From: Centroscyllium fabricii | Lineage: Eukaryota | Assembly: GCA_051313645.2 (NCBI GenBank) | Contig: JBNRSN020000010.1 | Location: 9,734,001-9,798,000, forward strand | Length of the DNA stretch: 64,000 nt | Direction: 5' to 3' | Shown: positions 11,945 through 25,200 of the stretch, one piece after another | Layout of the letters: the number at the start of each line of letters is the position of its first letter | How positions within the stretch are numbered: position 1 is the first letter of the stretch | The notes under the pieces: model-generated | Told to the model about the DNA's origin: nothing | The model's input: only the letters and a program-made list of their open reading frames with translations | Databases searched by the model: none | Position numbers and translations under genes: made by a program

Positions 11945-12729
11945 TCATCAAGCATTTGATTTTGTACTGGCCTGCAATTTATACGGGAATGTTTGAGCGG
12001 TGTATAAGAGCATATCCTGCTATGGGATGTTACTCACGCTTTAATTCCCAATTCAAATAAGAGCAGTCAACGCTTTAGTAAAACCAAATTAGCTATATTA
12101 TATTACTTTTGATTTTATTATCAAAAAATAAATCTATTTGATTTTGTCTGGGTGGATATAATTGGGGAATGTGCTTGGGGTGTTTTCAGTGCAGAAGCTG
12201 CTGTGGGATTGTTCCTCTGAGTTGATTCCACTCCCCTCGAACCACAGACAGACATTTGCTTTACAGAAGTAAAGTATATATATCATTGTTACTTCTTCTT
12301 GTTAGTATTTACTTATTTTCACCAGTCTTCCCTGCCCCTTTCGCTGGTGCGTAGCTCAGCCCCGGCATGCCTGTTCGTCCCTCTCCATTCCCTCAGCACA
12401 CTCCTCCAGATCCTTGTGGTCCTGAGGTCCAGAGTCACTCAATGACTCACACAGCAGCCGAGCGGGCGAGCTGCACCCACCATCCCTTCCTTCCTGCACA
12501 ATGTGCTGCCTGCCTGGGTGTGTCTCTGAGCAGCCGAACAGCCTGTCTGTGAGCGGCTCCAGACAATGGTAACAGACAGCAGGCAGACGGCACCCCGCAC
12601 TGCAACAAAACCTGTTTGAATATACAAAGGACAGTTCACAGCAAAGCACAATTCCATTGCAAGTTGCTATTCCATTACAAATGTCTATTATATTGCAAAG
12701 CCATTCCATTGCAAAGTAATGTTCCATTT

Positions 12730-15240
12730 TGAAAAATGATGGTCATGGCCTTTGCTATTTCCTCTTTCGCTTCGCTTAACAAACTGCGATTCATTTCTCC
12801 GTAGGATGGGGTGTATTACTATTTTAAATCTTCTAAACACCCTAATACTGCCTCTCTCAATATGTTTATTTGACCTAATATTTCCAACTGCCCGCCCCTG
12901 ATAGCAATGTCTGCTTCGCCCTTCTACTTTGTGAAAACAGACACAAAATATTCATTAAGAAACATGCTGAAGTATGCCGCCTCCAACCAAAAGATTATCC
13001 TCACAATCTCTAACAGGCTCTACCCTTTCCTTACTTACCATATTAGACACATATATTTATAAAATTTATTTTGATTTTCCTTGATTTTGCTTGTCAAGAA
13101 TTGTTCCTGCCCTCTCTTTGCTTTCCAAATATAATTTTTTATTGCACCCCTGCACGTTCTGTACTCCTCCAAAAATTCCGAAGTATTTAGCGCTCGGTAT
13201 CTGTCATACGCCTACGTTTTTGTCCTTATCTTTTTCTTTATGTCTCTAGACATCCACGTGGCTCTACGTTTGTTAGTTCCACCTTTTTTCTTTAAGGGTA
13301 CTTGTTTGGACGGGACGCTTTGGATCTCCTCCTCAAAAATGCCTTCCACTACTTTGACACTGACCTTCCTTCAAATAAGTGTTTTAGTCCACTGTGGCTA
13401 AATCGCCGGAAAGCTTAGGGAAATTTACTTTTCACCAACTTAACATTTTTATTCCTGAGTTATCCGTGTCCGTTTCCATAACTACCTTAACTCAAATAGA
13501 ATTATTGTCTCTAGCACCAAAATGAACCCCCACTAATACACCTCTACCTGCCCAGCTTTATTCGCTGAAGCTAAGTCCAGAACCATTCCCTCCCGATTTG
13601 CGATTCCTACTTACTGACTAAAAATGTTCCGCTGGATGCATTTTAGGTATTCCGCACTTTCTATGCCCTTCACACTAAAGTTATCCCAGTTTTTGTTGGG
13701 TAGTTGAAATTACCTTCTATTACTGCCATTTATGTTTTGCACTTCTCACAAATTTGTTCACAATTTTGTTCTTCCCTTTCGCTCGCAATGTTTGTGGGTC
13801 TGATGTTCACTACCAGCAGTGTGAACACCCCTTTTTTGTTTTTCAATTCGTCCCAGATGGATTCCTGTGATGATCCCTCCAACATATCATCCCTCCTCAC
13901 AGCTGCAATAGCTTAATTAATCAACATCACCAACCCCCTCCAGTTTTACCTCCCCCTCTAACACGTCTGAAAATAAGGTAACCAGGAACGTTGAGCTGTT
14001 ATATCTGCCCCGCTTGCAGCCACGTCCGTAATAGCGATAATATCATACTCCGAAGTATTTAGCTGTGCCCTGTGATCATCATCCTTTTTGGCTTTATCCT
14101 TGCATTTGATGTATGAACCATTTAATACAGGGAAACCTCCTTGTCGATAAATATCTGGACATTGAATAATCTGTTCTTCCAATTTTCTTTCTTCTTTTAC
14201 TTTTTCCAATTACAATTTTTCTTCCCTCCCTCTTGACCCTATACTTAGGTTCCAATCCCCCTGACAAATTATTTTGAATCGTCACCAACAGGACCAGCAA
14301 TCCCTTCGCTAGAATTTTGGTCCCGTTCCCGCTGAAGTGCAACCGTCCGGCTGAAGAGGTCCCTTCACCCACAGAAACCGTTCCAATTACTCAGAAACCT
14401 AAAGCCCTCCTTCCTACAGCATCTCCCCAGCTACAAATTAATCTGCTCTATCTTCCTATTTCTGAACTCATTAGCAGGTGGCACTGGTGGTAATCTGGAG
14501 ATTACCCCTTTTGAGGTCCAGCTACTAAACGTCTTTCCTAACTCCGTAAACTCTGCCTGTAGGACGTCAAACCTATTCCTACATATGCCGTTGGTAGGGA
14601 TATGGACGAGGTCATCTGGCTGTTCACGTTCCCCCCTCAAATGCCCTTCAGCCATTCAGTGATACCCTTGACCATAGAACCAGGGAGCAAAACACCATCC
14701 TGGAGTCACGACTGCGGTCACAGAAACACATTTCTGCTCCCCTAATTATTTAATACCATATCACTATTACTCTCCCTCTCCTCCTCCTACCCCATCTGCG
14801 CAGCTGAGACTTCCATAGTGTTGTGGACTTGGCACGGTCTGTACCCACGAGCGGAAACATCGCCCGCACCGGTTCTCTGTATCGATAATTGATTCGTGAG
14901 CAAAATGTGCCCAGGAGACTCCTGGACTATCTGCCTGGTCCTTCTCTTCTGTTTGACGGTCACCCATTTTATCTCTGCCTGCACATGTTTAAGCTGCGGA
15001 GTGACCACCTCCAGAAACGTGCTATCCACGTAGCTCTCTGCCTGACGAATGCACAGCAGTGACTGCAGCCGCCGCTCCAGCTCCGTAACCCTGTGCTCGA
15101 GCAAATGTAGCTGCCAACACATCCAGCACATGTGCTCGTCCTGACCAGGGGAGGTGGTCAGGACTTCCCACATGGCACAGGATGTGCATGCCCTGGGTGT
15201 AAGCTGCCATTCCATACCTCTAATTAGCTTTTTAATCTAC
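12730..15240 (-). mobile_element. CR1 LINE 5' half: ORF1 (Cys-rich finger plus esterase/SGNH remnant) and ORF2 endonuclease
   Basis: ORF 14787-15215 CTSCAMWEV...HMCWMCWQL...LEHRVTELERRL (CR1 ORF1 N-terminus). 14431-14655 LVHIPTNGI (decayed VVHIGTNDI). 13958-14209 YDIIAITD (APE endonuclease). Confidence 0.85.
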
Positions 15241-16344
15241 TAAACTAGATGGAATAAACTTAAGAAAGCCAATTAAATACACTTACCATATAATCACCAA
15301 GCAGCTTTCCCCCTTGTACTGAGGTCACTTTTGACTTCTGACGTCACTCTTCGAGATTCTACCAATGTTGAGTTGGTGCCACCGCTGGCGCTTCGCCGAT
15401 CCTACCAGGTTCGCACTGCTGCCACTGCTGGTGTGCTGCCTTTCCTTCATTTTTTTCTAAAAATCGAACCATCATATATGCATCATGCCATTTGACTTTT
15501 ACAGATACCGACGTTATCGGGGAGTACTTGAGGTGTATTTCAGAGCATATCCTGCTTGTGGTATCTTACTCTCCCTTTAATTCCCAACCCACCCAAAACA
15601 TGTCGAAACGTTTGTGAAAGCTAAGTATATATATTAATTAAACATTTTAATTTATTACTTTCAGAATGATAAATCTAGTTGTTTTTTTCCTCGGCAGCGC
15701 TTTATTGGGGAATATGTTTGGGGTGTGTTCAGATCCAAAACTGCTGTGGCATCGTTCCGTTCAATTGAATCCACTCCTCTCAAATCACAGGCAGATAGAC
15801 ATTTCCTTTACAGTAATACATTATATATATTATCGTTACTAATTTTTGATAATATTTATTTCCTATTCACCCTACAGCTCTGCAAAACTCAGGGGGCGCC
15901 ACTGACCCTCTACATGCCTGCTCACCCCTCTCTAATCACCCTGTCCACTCCCCCAGCCCTGTGAACCTGAGCGCCACAGTCATTCGCTCACTCACAAAGG
16001 AGCCGAGCGGGTGAGCTGCACCCACCATCCCTTCCTTCCTGCGCCATGTGCTGCCTGCCTGGCTTGGCCCTGGATCACCTTGTCAGCGGCTCCTGACAAT
16101 GATCACACACAGCAGGCGGGCGACAACCTGCACTGCAACACAAGCTTCGCGCACATTTAAAATGACATTCCGCTGCAAAGCGCGATTCGTTGCAATTTGC
16201 TATTCCATTTCAAAGGCTATTATATTTCAAATTTGTATTCCATTGCACACACATTTGCAGCACAGATGGAGACCATTTCTCCTAACGAGCACCTACCGAC
16301 TTTCTGCAATACCGCGTAAGAAAGTCCCACTCCATCTAACTTGC

Positions 16345-19050
16345 CCGTAGCCTTGATTTTGTTCTCTTCATGTTATTATCCAATTCCCTTTTGAAATGTA
16401 CGATTGAATCTGCTTCCAGCACACTTTCAGGCAGTGCAGTCCAGATCCTAACCACTCGATGCATTAAAAAGCTTTTTCTCATCTCCCCCTTTGTTCTTCT
16501 GTCAATTACCTTGAAACTGTGTCTTCTGGATCTCGCCCTTTCTGCCAATGGGAACCGTTTCTCTCTATCTCCTCTCTCTAGAAAATGCTATATATTTAAC
16601 AGCTCTATCAAATGTCCTCTCAATCGCCTCTGCTCCAATGAGAACAATCCGAGCTTCTCCAGTCTATCCATCTAATTGAAGTCCCTCATCCGTGGAATCA
16701 TTCTTCTATATTTATTTTGAACCCTCTCTAAGACTTGCACATCCTTGCTAATGTTTGGTGGCAGGAACGGAACACAATACTCCAGTTGAGGTTGGAAATT
16801 TGTTTTCTACATTTACATCATAACGTCCATGGATTTGTACACTATGCCTCTACTTATGAGAACCAGGATCCTGTTAACTTTTTCTAATCACTTTCTCAAC
16901 CTTCCGTGCCACCGTCAACGAATTGTGCACATGTATCCCCCATGTATCTCAGCTCCTGAAGCCCCTATATATATATACCGTTCAGTTTCTATTGCCTCTG
17001 CTCTTTCTTCCTACGGACATGTAACTCTTTGCAATTTTATGCGTAAAATATCATCTATCACTTGCCTGCCTAATTCACAACCCGGCAAACGTCGTTCTGA
17101 AGACTAATACAGTCCTCGTCACTGTTCCATATACTTTCACGTTTTGTGGCATCTGCCCATTTTGCAATTGTGCCCTGTACACCCAACTACAAGACATTAA
17201 TGGGCCCTGTCTACCTGTGGCCCGATTGCTACGGGTGCGTGCTGACGTGCACCCGCGGCGCACGCGCACGTGATTTTTTATTTTCTCAGCTGAACTTCCT
17301 GTGGGAAATCCCGGGTTTTTTCGTTCGGTGGGGACGTCTTTTTTTCGGTGCGGGGTGCAAGCCACGCCCACTGAGGTCGGCTTTACCCCCGAACGAAAAA
17401 CAGTATTGGCCAGCGGGATGAAGAATATCAGGTAGGAAGCACCTTTTTTTAGTTTTTTTTACAGTTTCTAGGATGCTGTTTTTTTAAAGTTTCTGCCTGT
17501 TCTGCTGATAGGGTTTTTTTTTGCTAAAAAGTGAAAAAAAAACAAGTTTAAAGTTTCAAAAAAAATTATTCCTTTGGTGATATTTGTTTGTGGTCTTACA
17601 GCTTGTAAATGTGAAGGCTTATATATATTTTAGTGATAGTGAAAAAAATCGGGGATTTGAACGCGATGTCAGCCGCACTGAGATCGCGTTCAAATTCCCG
17701 ATTTTTTTTACTTTCACCAAAATATATATAAACCTTCACTTTTACAAGCTGTAAGACCACAAACAAATATCTCCAAAGGAATAAAAAAAAATAACTTTAA
17801 ACCTGTTTTTTTCACTTCTCAAAGCTGCCTGCAGCCTCTTAAGCCTCCTTTTTATATGGGCTGCAAAAGAGAGACTTCCCCACGTGATACACCCGTATAT
17901 TTAGCAGCTGCCTACAGGAAGTCTGCAGTGCAAGGTCTTCCTGGGGAGGAAGCTGAAGCCCCTTGCCCATCAGCACAGGAAGTTCACGTTTCTAGTAATC
18001 ACCAGAGCTGCACCCCCACGAGGCATTTCTGATACCCCTTCGTGGAGGTGCAGCTCTTCTGGAGCACAGGAAGACAGGGCCCAATATATATCAAGTACAT
18101 CTGTTATCATGGTATTGGCCTCTGGGTTACATCACATTAAATCCTCCGGCTGTACAATTAACAACCGTTCGCCACTATTGTGTTTCATGTCACTTAAACA
18201 ATTTCGTATCAACGCTGCCACTGTCCCTTTCAATAAATGTGAATTATCATTGCAGGCAATCATTTTTTGCGGCACTTTACCAAATGCCTTTTTGAAGTCC
18301 ATGTACACGACATAAACCACATTGCACTCCTAATCCCAATTGTTTACCTCATCAGAAATCTCAAGCCTGTTAGCGAAGCACGATTTGCTTTGAACAAATT
18401 ATTGCTGGCTGTCCTTAATTAACTCACATAAAGCAAGTGATTATTAATTTTGTCCCGGATTATCATTTCAAAACGCTTCCCCCTACCGAGGTTCAATTGA
18501 TTGGCCTGTATTTGCTAAATTTATCCTTATACCCTTTTCTGAAACAGAGTGTAACAATTGCAAATCTCCAGTCCTCTGGAAACACAGAGGATTGGAAGAT
18601 TAAGGCCAGTTGCTCCTCATTTTCCATCTTTACTAAACTCAGAATCCTAGGATGCACCCATCCAGTCCTGCTGAATTATTTACTTTAAGTACAGCCAGAC
18701 TTGCTGGTACCTTATCTTTATAAATTGTTAGCACATCCTGCATCACCTATTTCAGTTTGACTTTGGCAGTAACGTCTTGCTTTGTAAAGGCAGATGCAAA
18801 GTATTAATTAAATGCCTCATACATTCAGTCTGCCTCCATGCTTAGGTCGACTTTTTGGTCCCTAGTCTGCCGCAACCCCTCCTCTTACTATCTGCTTATT
18901 ATAGACCTGCCTATAGAAGACATTTGAGTTCGACTTTATTTTAGCTGCCAATGTATTGGCTTACACCCTATTTTCCCATTTTCTTCCCGTTTTCACTCCT
19001 CCTAAGAACCTTTTATATTAAAGCTGGTTTTCCTTGTATACTCAACTACA
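16345..19050 (-). mobile_element. CR1 LINE fragment interrupted by a MITE
   Basis: ORF 16336-16548 FLMHRVVRIWTALPESV (CR1 ORF2 C-terminus) and 18132-18320 VVYMDFKKAFGKVP. The sequence resumes after the MITE at 17202-18082. Confidence 0.85.
17202..18082. mobile_element. MITE, second copy of the 9322 family in opposite orientation
   Basis: TIR gggccctgtctacctgtg / cacaggaagacagggccc (1 mismatch); exact 3-bp TSD AAT (17199-17201, 18083-18085); internal palindrome 17529-17817. Confidence 0.9.
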
Positions 19051-19490
19051 TATCTGTCATCCACCCCCTTTTTCTGCTTCGTGTTCCTTTCTATCTCTTT
19101 CATCATCCAGCGAATGAGATCATGGCTGACCATCTGAATTCAGGACCCTATCCCTGCATTAGCAAACATTTCGCTTGATCCCTTTAGTCTTAAGGAATAT
19201 ATCCAACTCTTTCTTGAATATATCTATCAAATTGGCCTCCACCGCACTCTGTGGCAGTGAATTCCATAGGTTCATCACACTCTAGTGAAGATGTCCCTCC
19301 CCCTCCCTGTCCTAAATGGCATAAGACTTATCTTTTAACTATGACCCCTGTTTCTGGACTCCACGGTATTTGGGTGCACCTTCCTGCTACTAGTCTGTCC
19401 AGGGCTGACATAATATTTATTGATTTCGTTGACATCCACTCTCAATCTTCTAAACTCCAGTGAGTACAAGCCCAATCGTCACAATCTTTC

Positions 19491-21118
19491 AATGGAATTC
19501 AATTCAATTCAATGGTATTGTCATGGCAGTGTACGAGAACTATACAATGAAACGAATAACCGCCGCTCCCGAGATTATTGCAAATTATTTACATGCAATT
19601 GCATACAATAAAGAATATTTGAGGAGTGAATACAATGGAGTTTTGTGTTAGAGTTCAGGAGACTGAGAGCCCTGGGGAAGAAGCTGTTCTTGATGCGGGT
19701 GCAAATTGATCTGTAGCTTCTCCCGGAGGGCAGGGGGCGAACAGACTAGGGCTAGCGTGTGTGGTATCTTTAATAATGTTCCGAGACCTCCGTAGGCAGT
19801 GTTCCAGGTAGGTACATTCCATTGACGTTGCTCGGTGCCGCTGATTCTTTGCGCTGTTTTGACTACCCACTGCAGGGCCTTCCGGTCTCAAATGGTGCAG
19901 TTCCCATACCAGAATGTGATGCAGCTTGCCAGTATGCCTTAAATTGTGCAGCGGTAGAAGTTGTTGAGGATGCAGGATGTCAGCTTGGCCTTTTTCAGCT
20001 TCCTTAGGAAGTACAGGTGCTGTTGGGCTTTCTTAATCAGAGAGGAGGTGTTTACTAACCAGGAGAGGTCTTCCGAGATGTGGACACCGAGGAACCTGAA
20101 GCTGGACACCCTTTCCACCTCAGCACCTTGGATGAAGATGGGGGTGTGTCTTACGCCTTTAGACTTCTAGAAGATCACCAGGATGTCTTTGGTTTGCTAG
20201 CTGTTTACTGCCAATTTGTTGTCGGTGCACCATCCCACAAGGCGCTGAATCTCATCACTGTAGGCTGACTTATCGTTGCTGATGATCTGGACAACCACCG
20301 TGGTGTCGTCGGCAAACATGATGATCTTGTTGGAGCCATGAACAGCCGTCGCTAAAGAGGGAGTAGAGAAGAGGGCTCAGCACACAGACTTGTTGGCCCC
20401 CCGTGTTCAGGATAAGGGGGTGGAGAGGTGAGGTTGCCTAACTTCACAGACTGTGGCAGGATCCACATGCATTGGGAGATGTTCAGGCCAAGGGTGGCGA
20501 GTTTGAAAGACAACTTGCTTGGGAACATAGTGTTGAATGCTGAGCTGTAGTCTATAAAAAGCATTCTCATATTGGTGTCTTTGCTATCCAGGTGTTTTAG
20601 TGCAGAATGAAGAGCCGTTGTGATTGCACCTTTCGTTGATCTGTTTCCTCGCTAGGCCGACTGTGATTGGTCGAGGGCAGCGGGGACGCTGGCTTTGAAG
20701 TGGGCCAGGACCAGCCTTTCAAAACACTTCTTTATTATGTGTGTGAGTATGACAGGGCGGTAGTTGTTCAGGCACGTCGCGGCCATTTTCTTGGGCAATG
20801 TGATGGTGGTGGCGGCTCTGAAGCAGGTTGGGACAGCTGCCTTCGCCAGTGACATGTTGAAGATTTCGGTGAAGACCTCAGCCAGCTGGTCAGCACAGTC
20901 TTTGTGTGCCCGGTCAGGGATACCTTCAGATCGAGAGGCCATCGATTCGCTCACTCCACGTAGAGCACTTCTTACGTTGGAGGTGGACACTATTTGTAAC
21001 TGGTCTTCTGGAGATGGCAAGAGTTTGGTGCCTGGCTCCCCATTGTCCCTTTCGAAGTGAGCATATATGTTGTTGTGTTCCTCCGGTGGGGAGGTGTCGC
21101 TGGTCGGGGGGCTGGTGT
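19491..21118 (-). mobile_element. Rex1/Babar-type LINE, 5'-truncated
   Basis: ORFs give [14 protein letters not shown] and CADQLAEVFTEIFNMSL...CLNNYRPVILT, with MFADDTTVV read at about 20300-20320. (TTGAA)n tail at about 19496-19513; 6-bp TSD TCTTTC (19485-19490, 21119-21124). Confidence 0.85.
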
Positions 21119-21615
21119 TCTTTCCTCATGCTTCATTCCTGCCATCCCAGGTATCAGCCTGCTGAATCTTCGCTGCACTCCTTACATGGCAAGAACATTG
21201 CTCCTCAGATACTGCGACGAAAACGGCACACAATACTGGAGGAGCCGTCTCACCAAGGACCTGTACAGCTGCAACAAGACATTTTTTTTCCTTTACTCGA
21301 AACCTCTTGCTACGAATGAAAAAATACCATTTGCCTTCTTAAACATCTGCTGCACCTGCATGCGTCCGTTCAGCGGCTGGTGCAAAAGAACTCCCAGAAC
21401 GCGTTGCTCTTCCCCTTCTCCCTATCTCTTGTCATTCAAATAATAACCTTGCTTCCTATTTTTGCCATCAAAGTGGATAACATCACATATATCTACATTA
21501 TAGTGCATTTGCCATGTTACAGGTCAATCAACTAAACTGTACAAATCCTACTGGAGTTTCAAAACATCCCACTCACAGCATAGCCTCCCACTCAGCTGTG
21601 TGAAATCTGCAAATT

Positions 21616-22183
21616 TGTAAGGGTTGGGGTTCAATCCAATTGCAGAACACCGGAGTCTGTCTAATAGAAATAAAGTACCTTTATTCCTAAGTACCAAAAC
21701 ATATAAATATATCAATATACAGAGATCTTTAATCACAGTGCTTAAACAGTGAATGAATAAGTCAATAATCCCGAGTGCCGGTAAACAGCAGTTCACAAGT
21801 CCAAACCCAAGTTGAGGTGGTAGTAGAGACAAGGCCCAAGCCAGGTGCAGAGGTACTCCCAGTAATCCACAATCCAGAAGAGATGAATCCTTGTTCAGAG
21901 TTCAGCAAATAATCTAAATCGACAGAACTGGCAATCCAAAAACGACTGGAATAGAATTCAATATAATATACCAGTAACAGATATAGCAACACTGAACACT
22001 TCAACAAGTGACATGAAAATAACAATCCGACAAAGGCCAAAGGCCAGCAGGTGGTTTATATCCAGCTCTAGCTCAACAGTATACTTGGAGCTGGCCAATC
22101 AGGTGTGAGACATAACAACAGGTAATTAAATCCAATCACAGAAAAGAAGCATAGAAATTTAAAGAGACAGTCCACCCATGACA
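21616..22183 (-). repeat. 3' LTR of sushi-like element
   Basis: Direct repeat of 26717-27284 with about 12 substitutions by eye. Confidence 0.95.
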
Positions 22184-22269
22184 GAACCCCCCCCTTAAGG
22201 GACAACTCCTGACGTCCCCAAAAGCCCCAACAGCCGGTAACGGGTGGGTGGAGGGGTGAGGAGGAGGGA

Positions 22270-25200
22270 CTAACAATCCTCGGGACCCTCGTCAACTACC
22301 ATCTCCTCATCGGATTGAAAAGGATCCACCTGCTCTGCCGATTCAGGCCCCTCGTAATCAGGTGCCACTTTCGTGTCCAGGGCCTCTCGAATCAGAATGG
22401 GGTCGAAAACCTGTCCAGACGTCCTAGGAACCGCCGTCCCTTTTTTAGGCTGGCCAGGGTGTTTCTTGTGAAACTCAGAAATGAGCTGAGGGTCCATAAT
22501 ATGACGAGCAGGAACCCAGGACCTCTCTTCCGGGCCATACCCCTCCCAGTCCACCAGGTATTGAAGTCCCTTCCCTCGACGACGGGAGTCAAGTAGACGA
22601 CGAACCGTGTAGACTAATCCACCGTCGAGCATACGAGGAGGTGGAGGAGTTGCGGCAACGGGTACCAAGGCACTCTCCCGAGTAGGCTTGATGCGCGACA
22701 CGTGAAAAGTAGGGTGGACCCGCATGGATCTGGGGAGCTTGAGTCTCACCGCAGCAGGGTTTATGATTTTTTGCACCTCGAAGGGTCCGATAAATCGGGG
22801 AGCGAGTTTCTTAGATTCGACTTGTAGAGGCAGATCCTTGGTGGAGAGCCAAACCTTTTGCCCAACCCGATACTCCGGAGCCTCAAAATGACGACGGTTG
22901 GCCACAGGCGAGTATCGATCCACCGAGCGAAGCAACGACATCCGCACCTGATCCCATGTCCTGTGACACCGTTGAATGAAGTCCTGGACGGACGGACAGG
23001 ATACCTCCTTCTCCAGGTCTGGAAACATTGGAGGCTGGAATCCATACACGCACTGAAAAGGCGAAAGTCCGGTAGCGGAGCTGGTCAGCATATTGTGAGC
23101 ATACTCCACCCATAATAGTAACTGGGACCAGGAAGAGGGATTCTTGGAGACCATGCACCGAAGTGCCTTCTCCATCTCCTGGTTCATCCTCTCTGACTGT
23201 CCATTGGACTGAGGATGAAATCCCGACGACAGACTGACAGTGGCACCGATAAGACTACAAAATTCCCTCCAGAATATAGATGTGAATTGAGGACCTCGAT
23301 CGGAGACCACTTCCAGCGGAACCCCATGAAGAAGAAACACGTGCTGCAACATGAGTTCCGCTGTTTCCTTAGCAGAGGGCAGCTTGGGTAGGGGTATAAA
23401 ATGAGCCATTTTACTAAATCTGTCTACCACAGTCAGGACCGTGGTCAAACCCTTGGATGAGGGTAATCCGGTGACGAAGTCCAGGGCTATGTGTGACCAA
23501 GGACGATGTGGTACCGGTAGAGGTTGCAGAAGACCAGCAGGAGCCCGACGAGACAACTTGTGTTGCTTACAAACCTGGCATGCATTGACGAACTCCCGGG
23601 TGTCCTCCTACAGCGTGTCCCACCAGAACCTCCGCAAAATGACCTCCTTGGTCCTTTGTGCCCCAGGATGGCAGGACAACTTGGAAGCATGAGCCCACAG
23701 AAGGACATCAGGTCGAATGCTCGCGGGTACAAACAGACGGTCGAGAGGACAACCGCTGGGCCCACCCTGATCCCCCGCAGCTGCTCTCACTCTCTCTTCG
23801 ATCTCCCATGTGACCGCAGCAATAAGGCAGGGAGCTGGCAAAATAAGGTCCGATCCTGGAGTAGAACCCTCCTCCTTCAGGAATAGGCAGGATAGAGCAT
23901 CGGGCTTGACGTTGCGGGAACCAGGCCTGTAGGAGAGATTAAAATTAAACCTTGTGAAAAAGAGAGACCATCTAGCCTGGCGTGAGATTAGTCTCTTAGC
24001 CATACGTATGTATTTCAAATTCTTGTGGTCAGTCCAAACAAGAAACGGCAGCTTGGTCCCCTCCAGCCAGTGGCGCCACTCCTCTAAGGCCATCTTGACC
24101 GCCAGTAATTCCCAGTTTCCGATATCATAATTCATCTCCGCCGGAGACAGGCGCTTGGAGAAATAGGCACATGGATGAATCTTCTGGTCAGAAATCGACC
24201 TTTGAGATAAGATGGCTCCAACTCCCACATCAGATGCATCCACCTCCACGACGAACTGTCGATCCGGATCAGGTACCTGGAGAATGGGAGCAGAAGTAAA
24301 TTGGGACCTGAGCTCCTTAAACGCCTCCTCTGCAGCGAGAGACCACCTGAATGGCACCCTTGATGAGGTAAGCGCCAATAACGATGCTGCTACCGTGCTG
24401 TAGCCACGAATAAATTTTCGGTAAAAATTTGCGAACCCCAGAAACCGTTGCAGTTGCTTGCGAGTCTCTGGACTGGGCCAAGACGTAACGGCTGTCACCT
24501 TCTCAGGATCCATTCGCACGCTCCCCTGCGCAATAATATATCCCTGGAAGGAGACGGTAGATACATGAAACTCACATTTTTCAGCCTTGACGTGTAAGGA
24601 GTTTTCCAAGAGTCTTTGTAAGACCGTCTGAACGTGGTGCACATGCTCCTCCTGAGTTTTCGAAAATATCAGGATGTCATCCATATAAATGAACACAAAG
24701 CGATTTAGCTTGTCCCGAAGAACGTCATTGACCAGGGCCTGAAATACCGCCGGGGCGTTGGTCAGCCCGAACGGCATAACGAGATACTCGTAATATCCAG
24801 AAGGAGTGTTGAAGGCGGTCTTCCACTCATCGCCCTCCCGTATCCGGACCAGATGGTAAGCGTTGCGAAGGTCTAATTTTGAAAAGATGATTGACCCCTG
24901 AATCAACTCAAACGCCGAAGAGATAAGAGGAAGAGGATACCGATTCTTGACAGTAATCTCGTTTAGTCCCCTGTAATCAATACAAGGTCGGAGCGAACCG
25001 TCTTTCCTTCCTACAAAAAAGAATCCAGCCCCCGCTGGTGACGAAGAAGAACGGATGATCCCCGCTGCCATTGAGTCTCCGATATAGGTCTCCATGGTCT
25101 CCCTCTCAGGTGCAGATAGTGAATACAGGCGCCCCCTAGGTGGGGAAGAGCCTGGAAACAATTCAATGGCACAATCGTAGGGGCGATGTGGAGGTAGCGC

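Larger units (their letters stand above)
8360..16260 (+). repeat. Triplicated diverged non-coding unit (about 8360-10460, 11140-12730, 15470-16260)
   Basis: Collinear shared blocks: ctgacagtaaaa..ctgctc (8361/11141); tgcaggctggc..tg(t/c)gtg (8915/11652); gagcatatcctgc (12008/15544); gagcggg(c/t)gagctgcacccaccatcccttccttcctgc (12460/16004). Confidence 0.8.

Noticed and set aside
8360-16260. Ig/TCR segments with recombination signal sequences in the triplicated unit
   Set aside because: I saw no CACAGTG-12/23-ACAAAAACC arrangement and no V or J coding motifs.
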